Assembly (NCBI GenBank): GCA_964270895.1
Contig: OZ185439.1
Source: Podarcis filfolensis
Lineage: Eukaryota
Direction: 5' to 3' (one strand)
DNA length: 64,000 bases
Shown here: piece by piece, positions 25,438 to 37,081 of the stretch
How the letters are laid out: each line of letters starts with the position of its first letter
Position numbering within the stretch: position 1 is the first letter of the stretch
Position numbers and translations under genes: made by a program
Notes under the pieces: model-generated
Told to the model about the DNA's origin: nothing
Database searches by the model: none
Seen by the model: only the letters and a program-made list of their open reading frames with translations

Positions 25438-27199
25438 GGGAGGGCAGGAAACACCCTTTTGCTGTGCCAGCTTGCAGACTGCCACAGCAAAGAGGTCCAG
25501 ACTGAGCCTGTTACTCTAACATGACAACAGCAGCATCTGCACAGGATTCAGCAGATCCTGTACTGGCCCAACTCCTTCACCATCCACGAAACTGCCCATT
25601 TGGCGGGGATGTGTTTGTGTGGTTCTGGAAGTTACCACCGCTGGCATTTCTTCTGGGATTATTTTCTGGCTGTCTTCCATTTGGGCAGGCAAAGTTTGGC
25701 ACTCCTTGCCACTGGGGCATTCCCTGTCAATGCTAGAGCTCCAATGCCAGGAGAAGCTGTTGGAGCTGGGCAAGGCTGAATGAGAGGGATCTCTTTACTT
25801 CAGTCAAATCTCCTCCAGCATGGTGGATCAGGAGTTTGAGTTGCTCTGCCCATCACCAAGCAGAATGTAACCCCTAGAACCTGTGGTGTTCGATATTTGA
25901 TCTTGTAAACAAACTATTATAAAAGCTGAAAGGCTTCAAGAGTCTTGGCCTCCTGACTGGAGTAGACATTACTATTTCCTGGAGTGAAAAACCCTGGAGA
26001 ACTCTAGCATATTACCAGCAATGAATTCACCCATGAAAGGCTTTTGATGAATGGGCAGTGATTTCTAGGGAGAACTTATAGCTATCACCATATTAATTGA
26101 GGCAGGATTTGTGAAGATTTGTTGTTGTGAGGGCAAGTTGTGTTAAGCAGAGTGGTGTGTCCTTTGGAACCTCAGTGTGTGGCAGAATATATGAATCTAG
26201 TGAGTAGAGGACTAGAGCTAGGAGAAACTTTAAGGTTTGCAATGCTCTTGGCGGCATTTCAGCAACCTGGGATATTGGATCACAGCACCAAATACTTCAG
26301 ACCAAGTCCCTCCCTCTCCCTCCCTCCCAATATTGTCTGCTTGGTGCATGCTAGAAAGGCTTTCTCAGAATGACAGTTGAGTGGCTTATTTGAATTATTG
26401 AACTGGAGCTGATTGCACTAATAATCATAGCAGAGGATTTGCAAGCTTGTGGTGGGGGAGGAACGACAACGCTTCAAGAGACTGCTGCTGCAAGTGTATC
26501 ATACAGACACAACAAGCATTTGTTTACTGCATGCTAAGATAGCATGCTGTGCCTCGAAAAGAAGCTTCCAACATCCACTGTGAAAAATGATGCCTATCAA
26601 TCATGACAGGATGCTTCAAACATCTCTGGAGCTCAGCAGGCCTGGACAGGAAATTGATGTGCCTTTTAATATTGAATGCAAAGTATTTTCAAGAATTTCA
26701 CATTAACTTTCAGTTTAAAGCTACTAAAGAAGAATAGGTCTCCTGCCCAGGTTTTCCTTTTAGTCTGGTACTTATACCATGTATTCACTAATTTATTAAG
26801 AAACAACACAACAACGCTTGTCCTTACCTGTTTCTCTGGTGCTTTTATAAAGTATTGATTAATTTAGCTTTTGACACAATCACAGCAATTCCTTTTCAGG
26901 CTATTGTCACTTCTGCTGCAGGCAAATAGATGATGACATGATTGGTGGTCCTGCTTTTCAATATTACCTGCCCTTCCAGTCCGTCGCCATTTCTTTCCCC
27001 AGAACAGCTTTGCCCTTTCCAATATATTGAAACTGAGAAGGTGGAGGAGGCATGACTTCCTGGTTTGTTTCAGTCTTGCTTGGTGTGTTCTCTTTTCAGA
27101 TTAAAGTAGATTGTATTTCCCAGTCATGATATGCCCTGATTCAGAGACAATATGCTCCTGAATTGATTGAGAATGATATCAGGAGAAGGCTATTGGACT

Positions 27200-27310
27200 T
27201 CTTGTATCTTGTGGTCTTCCTGTAGGCATTTGGTTGACCACAGTGAGAATCATGATGCTGGACTAGGTATTCCTTTCTGATCCAACAGGGCTCATCTTGT
27301 GTGCTTATGC
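27200..27310 (+). mobile_element. CR1-type LINE 3' remnant
   Basis: GGCATTTGGTTGACCACAGTGAGAATCATGATGCTGGACTAG...TGATCCAACAGGGCTC matches the recurrent squamate CR1 tail also seen at 30.4 kb and 61.3 kb. Confidence 0.5.
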
Positions 27311-30151
27311 CCTAATGAATATGTGTGCGCGTACACCCACACCCACACCCCTTGCTCTCCTTTCTTTGGTGCATTAGACAGCTATCATTTTCAGGGACAG
27401 CAGTAGCGGGTGGATAGGTAAAATTTCCCTGGCTGTCATTGTTACAGCTGCTGCAAACGAGTATTGGGAGCTTATGCACGAAATAGAACGGGGCAAGAAA
27501 GGGTGCGTGTGCACAAAATAAACTGAGAATAGTGCAGATAGACTAAAGGATAGGAGTTGCAACCAGAGGCAGAGAATCCTGTTTCTCATTCCTAGCTGCA
27601 GGAAACCTAAATTTTAAAGAGCACTAAGGAGTGATTGTAGTATCCTTCTCTGATGAACCCAGCTCGACCCCTGCATGTACTCAATGCAACCCGGTGTAAG
27701 TCCTTGTTCTCCATCTCCAGTTGAGTCTTTCCAGTTCCCTTCCATGCAGTATGAGGGGAACTTGTCCAAATGGCTTTGGCTCCAGAAGGGGAGATGAAAT
27801 AGGATCTCCAGCTAAACTGGCAAGGCATGTATGTCAAGGCATGTATGAGGGACCATTTGTGGCATGTATGTCAAGAATTGATCTGAACCCATAGAGCTTG
27901 GTGATGCAAATTGAGCTATCTACTATGGGTTAATGAGGATAGGGAGGGTAGCAGTAGTGGAGGCGACAGGATGCAGGTGGGAAGAAGCTGCTGCTTTTTG
28001 AGATTTTTCTTTTCCTTCTCTTCCAAGTGCCCAAAAGAGCAGCCACTAGTGATAAATTGTCTGTGTCTGCATCCACTTTACCTTTTCTAGGATAGGCATT
28101 TTGGGATGTTAACAGAAAAACAGTCCACCAAATGTTTATCTTTTTATTTCACATGTTATATACTGCTTGCTTGTAATAAAACCTCTAAACTGTTTACTAA
28201 ATAAATAAATATCAGGCATTTCAGATATACACCTCTGCATTCTGCATGTCTTGATAGGCTTGCCTAAATGTTAAGTGTGGTAAGGGACCACCACAGTGTT
28301 ATATCCCTTTGGAAAGATTACAAACAGAGCATCACCTGAGCAGCATTAAAGGACCCTAATGTGGTAGTGTCCACATTATAATACAATTCACAATGGTCTG
28401 CATCAGGAAAAAGGAAGAACCCAGGACCCTCCAGTTATTGAGGGATTACCAACTCCCATAACCCCTGTCTATCCTGGCTGGGTTTATGGCAACTGAGCAA
28501 CATCTGAAAGGTCACATCTTTTGTGTAGGGACATTGAAATTAATGCTAAAACAAGATCTAGAAAATAATGCACTAGAACATTTGTTGCCAACGTTTAGCC
28601 TCCTCTGTTAATTTGTTCCTGCTTTACCCCTCTTGCCGTGAGTGCATGCCTATCTAATAGTTTTTATGAAATATTAGCTGGTGCAGTACAACTGTGACCT
28701 TTTCAGTATTCCAAAATTTAATAAGCAAGCTCATTCCTCATGGCGTGCCAGCAACCAGTCCTAGCAGCAACACATTTGCAGACAGATCCCCAAATCTACT
28801 GCTAATGAGGTGTAAAGCCGAGTGTTTATTGCATATTTCCTTATCGCATCCTTGGGGGATAACCATAAACCATATCCAGCTTAAAAAACAAAGAGCAGGG
28901 GGGGGAAAAGATTGCTTTAATAAATAGCCAGATAAAAACAAAGCCTTACTCTATGATCTAGGCCTCACACATGTTTGTTCTAAGCACCCAAACGTTATCC
29001 AGTGTTTCCTAATTGAAAGCTGCCCACACAGATACTTGGGGGAATTGAAAGAGAGTCTTGGTGTGAAAGTAGTCATAAGGAAAGTGGTCACCAGTTCAAG
29101 CACACTGCATTTCCCTCTTTGAATTCATTTTAAAATCTTCTCAAGCCAAATCTCCAGTCACTTTTAAAACTAAAGTTCTGTTCGGAGTTTTCATGAGGTC
29201 AGTTCTTGGGTAAGGCACTCTACAAATAAATTCACCACATGAGTGTTCAAAAAATGTGCACACACTTCCGGGGGGCGGGGTGGAGGTGGGGGGGGAGCAT
29301 TTTTATTTTCAACCAGGTGCTGTTTTAGAGGAATTGAAAACTTGAGGCATATGGACTATGTGCTCAGCTTACAACTGTCAAGTTCAAAGCAGCTCACCAC
29401 GTCAGTAAGTATCAAAGGCCACCCCTTACAATTGCTTGCCAGACTGCATGGTAATGATATCTTCTAGGATAATTCCCAAATTTTTCATAGATCAAAAGCA
29501 ACTGTAACACGCTGCTTGCATTTTTTAGTAACATAGGAGCCTTCTTAATTGACACGTCAACTCTACAGCTGATCAAAAGCTTTAAAGTATTTGTGTGTGT
29601 GTGCGGTTACAAAATAAACTGCTATCCTATGTGGAATGTAGTTTATATGATTTTCAGACTAGACTGTCCTTGATATATTTAAATGTCCGCACTTAGGAGA
29701 GTATTCAACTCTGTTTTCCACTAGTGCTAGGATTGTTAGTGCATGTGCCCCGTGACATCCCCAAATCTGCTCTGGTTGGGGGAATCTGATAACGGATTTA
29801 GAAGGTGTGCAGAAGAAGAAGAGATAATTCTATTGTGCAAGGAGAAATCCTGGTGCTGAACAGACAATCTGCTTAGCACTACATTGAATTAACCCTTATT
29901 GTACAACTTCAGCTTTGATACCAAACAGTTGGCATCATGTACATAGAAATAGTCTTGATGACTCTGAAAGGTGCTTCACACAGTACAAGATCCTGGTTTT
30001 TACATCATTTTTGTGGTGAAGTTCTTGAGCAGGCTTGGGGAACCATTTGGCTCCATGAGCTGGAGGCAGGAGTGGCACTGAAGGTCAAATCTGACAAGTG
30101 GGTGGGGCCAGCCACCAGACAATCTCCTGATTTCGTAAGGACATAAGGTTC

Positions 30152-30193
30152 AAGGTGTTTTGAAGTCCCAGAAATGGGACTTCAAAGCACTTT
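30152..30193. repeat. Near-perfect inverted repeat (19-bp stem, GAAA loop)
   Basis: AAGGTGTTTTGAAGTCCCA GAAA TGGGACTTCAAAGCACTTT; two G-T pairs. Confidence 0.9.
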
Positions 30194-30369
30194 CCAAGGT
30201 GCTGCTAAAATGAAAATTATTTTCCTTTATTTTATCAGTTTTTGATGCAAACTCCTCCTTGCTAAAACAGAGGAAAACAACGCTTTGAAGCATCGGCCGA
30301 AGCTGTGGAGAAGCAGCAGTCACACTACTCCAGAAATGGATGAATGATCCTTCTGACTTGAGTGCACAA

Positions 30370-30480
30370 ATTGGGTATTACTGTCTGGAGGGTGATTTTG
30401 TCCTCATGTCATGCTTGTGGACTTTCCATTGGCATCTGGTTAGCCATTGTGTAAACAAAGTGCTTGACTAGATGGGACTT
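30370..30480 (+). mobile_element. CR1-type 3' remnant
   Basis: GGCATCTGGTTAGCCATTGTGTAAACAAAGTGCTTGACTAGATGGG; boundaries approximate. Confidence 0.45.
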
Positions 30481-30942
30481 TGGTAGGGATTGCTCTACAT
30501 GTGTATGGAAATGAACACAATCACCCAAGTGGAGATATACGTTATAATGTCTCTGAGAAGTTCATAAAAATGAATTACCATAGCTGAGAATCGGGAAAAT
30601 CCAGTGCACTAATATTCTTTGGAAAGACTTCCCCATACTTCAAGCAAAGCAGAATGAATTATCTTTTATTGTAGATAGGTACTCGATGCAGTCATTCTTT
30701 CATCAAAATGTTAAATAGGCTTGTTGTAGGAAACGCTACTTGCCTTGAACATCTTTGATTTATAATATTCTTACCCGGCATATAAATTTCATTAAGCAAG
30801 ACAATGTTTACTGAAGGTGCATTCCAAACGAAAGAGGAGCAGTAACCATTCTGCTTGCCATTTTTATGAATGCAGGAGATTGAGCAATCACAATGCCTGA
30901 ATAATTAAGTGTTGTTTATGCCTTTATTTTCTCCCATCTTGT

Positions 30943-31240
30943 TGCCTTAGAATAAATCTTGGTATCAAGATCCCCCTGCAGGCACTTGGCCTCAACATAC
31001 TTGATGAGAGAATGCAAAACAAACAAATAAGCTTTTCTGATTATACCTATCCTGAATTAGCAGATAAATTTACGTGCTGCATTATTTTGTACTCTTGCAT
31101 GTCACTGAGTTACCCATCCTCCATAATATCATGGTATCAGAGGCTAGATAAATCCATGAAAGTTAACCACCAAGCCCAGGTTCAAGCATTAGCTGATTGG
31201 TCTGCCTGCTCTCTAGATGTCTTCCAATGTAGGTGGCATA
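30943..31240 (+). repeat. Unclassified ~298-bp dispersed repeat, copy 1
   Basis: About 95% identical to 53523-53821 in the same orientation (about 16 differences by eye, including one 1-nt indel). Confidence 0.95.
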
Positions 31241-33495
31241 CCATACTGAAATCTGAGTAGCTACTCACTTTACACAATCCTTCAAAAAGAGTTGAGATAA
31301 TGTAAACTGGGTACCTGAATGACTAGGCTGAAGGAAGGAGCACAAAATTATGTGCTCTACCACTGAGGAACAGTTCCTTCTGACTCCCAGTGCCATAGGT
31401 AAAAAGCAGTGCTTTTCACCAGCTTAGTCTGGTGTGCCAGTTGAAGCTCTATCTTCTCTTGCAGGAAAGCCACTGTCGCTTTTGATATGTGACACAATGG
31501 ATCCCCTTAGGACCTCCTCCTCCCCTTCCAAAATGTTAAAGGTGTCCAGTACAGAAACTCTTGGACCAGTTAGTCACTTTATCCACTCTGGAGGGATTAC
31601 CATGCCTATAAACTCCATCCAGTTTGTCAAAAGGGGGAGGGAGCTGTTGTTTATTTTGCCATAGTAAATGAGGTGTGTGTGTGCCTGCGTGCACACGTTG
31701 CTTTGTTTTCCCAAAACTGATTCAGTCTCACACCCCAAACTGAATTGGCCAGCCTCTGAAGTGCTTTGGATTGAGGATGGCTGTTTTCCAAATCACTGGA
31801 CCAGAGGCTGAACTGAACCTTGCGGTCAGTGCACATCCCTTGTGGTTACTTCCCATTGCATTGCAAGCCTTTGACTTAGAGTGAGTCTAGAGTGGGAAGT
31901 TACTGGTATGACATAGGAGGTAGCCATACCCCAATAGCTCCTGTGCTGTTCAGTTAACATACCAACTAGAACTTGATCTACTTCCTGCACGTGTGTTTTT
32001 CTTGCCTGGGTCATTCCTACCCAATTAAACGTTTCTTCTCAGCAGCAAAGATACTGTTTTTATTACATTGGTTGTGACTGGACTGTCTGCTTTTAAATGT
32101 AATTCATTGTGCACCATCCAAAGAGCTGGCAGTCCGGGAAGAGTTCTCTCTAAATGTCTCTTGATAATGTGGCCATGATGGATTTTCCAGACTGCAAAAC
32201 GAATCACACAATTACAGTAACAAGCTCTTGAACATGCCACATCATTTGCTGTGATGGGAAGATAATGGGATGTGGTTTTGTTGTAATAATTCTTAATTCC
32301 CTTTGCAGTTGTCCACAGAGTGGGAATAGGAAACTAATGCCAAGGGGGCTCAATCCAGACCCCACAGGTTTCCCATGCAGCCCTAAGTACAGCCCTTAAG
32401 CCTCCCCCCAAACCACTCAGCAGTTCACTCCCATTTTCATACTTTTCATATACAGAAGAGAGCAGTTGAAGTGCATATGGGGAAAGCTCTTGTCAAAGTC
32501 ACTGGAACAATTATTGTGTCTTCATGTAGTGATTTAAAAAGTATTTTCTTTTAGTATATGTGCTGCCAAAGTGAGCACTTTAAAAGTACTGTCTCAGTGT
32601 TTCAGAGAGCCTGAGATGGCAAATGAAGAGAGTCCCTATCCAAAGTCCCTTTCTGTTTGGTAGGGAAGGGGAGGAGGATAAAGAATCCTTTCACCATCTC
32701 AGCATGTGAGGGAATGAGTGCTTAGATATAATTAATGTTTTTATTTATTAGAGGATCCTGCTTTTCATTATCTGACCCCAAAGAAGTTTCAGAATTAAAC
32801 AAACAGCATCAACACAAAACATAACAAAGAATAAAATTACTTGCTGAGAATATATAATCATGACCAGAAAAATAAGGATTCTTATCCAACATGAAATTGA
32901 GTTTTGTGTACAGACACTTTGGCCTGGCAATGAGATCAAGTGTTTTCTACTTTTCAGAAGAACTCCTTCCTCCTGCTCAGAGAGAGGGGCAGGTGGTGGT
33001 GGTGGTGGAGTGATTCTGGTTCTTTATGCCTCATAGTCTTTAATTAGTGCTTTTTGTTATCCTTGGATGGGTCTGGTCAGGTTTTGGTATGTGTGAATTC
33101 AATATATATGGAGCATTTACAGATTACAATGTTGATTACCGTAACTCTGACGCCTCAGGAAGAAACAGTCTTTGTCCAATATCTATTGATCTTGCTGTGA
33201 ATGAACACAACAATGTTCTCTAAATGCCTCTATGTTGGATCATCTGGACCACATTTCCTGACATGAAAGCATTCAATCACACCTGCTTTCCTGCATATTT
33301 ATGATATTGCCAGGAAGTCTAACTCCTGTCAAACTGAGGTATATTTTAATTGCTAGGACTCTAAAGTCAAGCTGTGGCAACTTTCTCCCCATGCATATAT
33401 CAGTGTCACTAATATTTCAGCTAGGATTGAAGGCCTATCACTTTTCTCCGCGTGGAACCCTCTGCATTAGTCTAGAATGTCACTGGCTGCATTAA

Positions 33496-33743
33496 CATAC
33501 CACCCAACTTTACCCAACCCAAAACCAGGACATGTTCCCTGGCAAGTCACATGACCTGCACCTCATTCTTGTCCCAATAAAAAAAGTGTGGGATCTTTTC
33601 GCCACATGAGATCGCAGCCCTGAAAAAAGCACTTGGGGGGGGGGGGGGAGAGCACAGTGTGAGAGCATGGCACCCAAAATGTTCAGAGGTCTCACATGAA
33701 AAAATGGAATGTCCTGTTTTTTCCAGGGCACTTGGAAGGTATG
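33496..33743. mobile_element. DNA-transposon MITE with CATACC-type TIRs
   Basis: CATACCACCCAACT / ACTTGGAAGGTATG imperfect inverted ends; no clean TSD. Confidence 0.55.
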
Positions 33744-34837
33744 TGATCCAGACTACACTTCATTACATTTCCTTACCTGTTCATTTTCTTATTTTATGTG
33801 ATCTTTCACGACACAGTGGAATTTAGCAAAAGTTTAGTGCTCATATCTGTGTTAACTGCTTCCAGAATTCCCCCCCCCATGCCCTTCACTTGGAAAATTG
33901 CGGGAATGTATTAATTTGCAATCACTGATGCTACTGGTTTAATAGATTTGAGTTATCAACTGTTAACTGTAAATAACACAATTGTTCATGTGATCTGTAA
34001 ATTCATCTTTAGGTACACACAGGAGTTGTTTTCTGATATGGCTTAGGAAGGTTTAAGGTGTCATTGTTAGATGATAAGAATTAACTTGTCTTAGTGCATT
34101 TCTGTCTAAATGTTATTTTCAATGTCTTTGTTGAATCATCTCTCTTTCTAATATTAGTTCCTGGAAGACGTTTCTCTGTTCCTGAAATTTATGCAACACC
34201 CTTATACAAATGGATGGAGCTGTTGAATCCCTTTTATTTTTCCTCCTTAGTAATATCCAGGCTATCATGGATGGTTGTTGTTAGACATAACAATTAGAAA
34301 GCCTACCTTGGTAATAGATTACATGGAAGTCTACAGTAGAACATTTTGAAAGACATGCAACCTAACTAAAGTGAAGAAGACTGAAATTGCAGACACTGAG
34401 TCACATTGATATATATTGATACTGGCAAAGTAAAAAAAACCAGACTGATTTCTAGAGGTGTGATTGTGCTAGTATCTTGCACCAAAATCAATGAAGTCTC
34501 ATGTGAAACCTTGAAGACTGAGCCACCAGTTATGACTATGAATCTATGATTCTATGCCACAACAATATGGGTAGTAGTAATACTAGCACTAACAGCTGGA
34601 ACACCTGGGAGGCTGGGAGAACAGATGTACCATTATGTATAATGACATGTCATGGGGATGCTCAAATGGACTCCCTTGTCCAGCACCCATTCACAGAACA
34701 GGTGAGGCAGGTTATATGGACACTCCTCATGACATGGGACAAGTGAAACTACAACTTAGTGGTGAAGAAGTTGACAGTGCTTCCATTAGGGTGGGTCCCA
34801 GGTATGGTCTGAAAGCAGCAGACACCACCACCTTGGT

Positions 34838-34965
34838 GAAGCTAAGTAGGTTTGGAACTGGTTAATGCCTGCATGGGAGACTTTGTGGGAACCAGATGAT
34901 GTCACCTTGAGTTCCATGCTAGAAGAAAAGTGGTATATCATTATAGGAAAATAATAAGTTATAAA
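34838..34965 (+). mobile_element. Degenerate 5S rRNA-derived SINE-like element
   Basis: 34838-34881 matches 35 of 44 nt of the vertebrate 5S rRNA internal control region (GAAGCTAAGCAGGG...TGGATGGGAGAC), followed by a non-5S body and AT-rich tail. Confidence 0.6.
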
Positions 34966-36252
34966 TAATACATTTTTTGGTGGGAACTCTGTGTCTCCCA
35001 TAACATCTAACACCAACCAAATTTGTTTAAAGATAAATATCTTTTGTTTAAAGATGGAAGCTCTGGGCGTGTGTGCAAAGTCCTAGCTATGCTACCATTT
35101 TAAACACTGCAGCTCTTTCTTTCGCTGCTTTAAACATAATTAAATGTTCTTAGGACCATAGCCACATTTGGAGACATCATTGAAAACAAGATGCTGCATC
35201 TCAAGAGCTTATCTCAGCACCCACATCCTAGCGAATTAATCTTTTCAATTGCTTTTTCTCGCCTGTCAACTTTTTATGCCGGTGTTCTCTCTAAATGAGG
35301 TGTTTATATGCATCACCCTTCAGTTAGCTTTAAGCAGATGTAAAAGCTGTGTGACATTCTTTCTTCTTTTTTAAGAGACTTTGCCGGTTTGGCATCTCCA
35401 TAGGAGGAGAAAGGTTTAAAATAGTGCTCCCGACAGGAGAAATGATTAATGGCAGGATCTGGAAATTGTGTTGATGTGGTTCACATCAACTGTACCATTG
35501 TGTTTACAGTGGCTATGTTAATGAGGCATCAGAAAGGTGCAGCTTGTAAAAATGTTCTACACAGTTAAAAAACTTAAGAAAGGAGGAGGGGGCTTTTCAA
35601 ACTTCTAGACTATGGAAGCTACAAGTTTAAATGCAAATGAGATAGCAAAATCCCATGTTTCATTTTCTTTCTATCAGTCCTGTAGTAAAGCATCTATGCA
35701 CTGTGGCTCATCACCATCCAGCTCTATTAGTACACTGTGGGCATTCCACGGGTAGGAGCCAACTAAAGAGGCCTTGCACAGATTTTCCCTGAAATTGACT
35801 CTGGGGAGGGGGGTTGCGAGAACCCCCAGAGGGGGAATTGTTCCACCTGGGAAGCTTAAAAGCTTATCCTGAACGAATCATCAAGATGGTGCAACACTGA
35901 ATTTCACTCCTTATGTTTACAATGACTCCTGAAGATTTTTTTTGAAGAGTCTATCCAAAGGAACTGTGGGATCAAAGAAGCTCATTAAGTTGTAATATGG
36001 ATATGAATAAGTTTAATATTGTCACTGTTGACATTTGCATCTCTTATATAGGCCCCACTATGCCCTTCTGTCCTATTATCTGTGATTTGGTTTATCTGTT
36101 TTAAATGGATTTATTTTTGTATACTGTTTTAAAAGTGGTACAGAAATATTGTTACCACCACCATTATTATATGCTATATTTGGGTTCTGGGCATAATCTT
36201 CTCTCTGGTGAGACCATGTGGGAAATCAGTATTTTTTGAATTTATTTTATTA

Positions 36253-36295
36253 TAGGGCTGCCATATTTCAAGAAAATTGAAATATGGCAACCCTA
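36253..36295. mobile_element. 43-bp TIR-only hAT relic / hairpin
   Basis: TAGGGCTGCCATATTTC-AAGAAAATT-GAAATATGGCAACCCTA; arms match 16 of 17. Confidence 0.7.
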
Positions 36296-37033
36296 TTGGC
36301 ATCAAAGTTCTTGAGATTTTTGAGGGAAATTAACCTTTTCAGAATTCACCCAGAAAAGTCAAAGAGTGATACTCAAACCCATACTTCTTGGTTCTGTTGG
36401 CAAAAACCCAGACATTTTGCCAATTTTTCAAAATTCCCCCCAGGTGCTAATTTAGCCATTGGGATCCTGGACATGGAAACCCTATTTTATCAAATCTCTG
36501 CTATTTGCTTGTGGAGGATTATGTGCATTAGGTTGTAAAGTTGGGTAGGAGTAGGTGAGCAAAATAAATCAGGGATTTTTAGTGGTTTCAACCATTTGTT
36601 AGACTTAATAGAACATTATTATGAAATTACAACATTATGGCATTTGAAGCCCAAATTGCACAATCTAACAATCCTAGATCTGGTCAGGCAGGTGGATCTT
36701 GATAGGGTCTTAAGTTAAGTTACTAAGCCTGTTGCATTTGACCTCACACCTTTCTTGTTAGGGAGAAAACAGCCTTTTGAATAATCTTATAAATGGCACT
36801 ATGTTGTTTCAGATATGATGTTGGCACAAGTCTGGGGGACAAAACTCCAATAGCTGTGAAGGTCAGTGTCACTTGTAATTACATAGCTTGTTACCCATTT
36901 CAGGTCAACCTGACCCTATTGTTTATGCCACTATCTGAAAGGCTTGGTGACGCTGCCAGACAGCTGTTTGGGAAGTGAAACTAACATGCAGGTATGTTCC
37001 AAAGTGCCACTAGAAAAGAATTTAAGCTTCTAC

Positions 37034-37037
<4 letters not shown>

Positions 37038-37078
<41 letters not shown>
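37038..37078. repeat. (TG)n microsatellite
   Basis: About 20 units, read directly. Confidence 0.95.

Positions 37079-37081
<3 letters not shown>

Noticed and set aside
26929-27037. Box C (ATGATGA) and box D (CTGA) spacing suggestive of a C/D snoRNA; similar at 37714-37842
   Set aside because: No terminal stem and no recognisable rRNA or snRNA antisense element.
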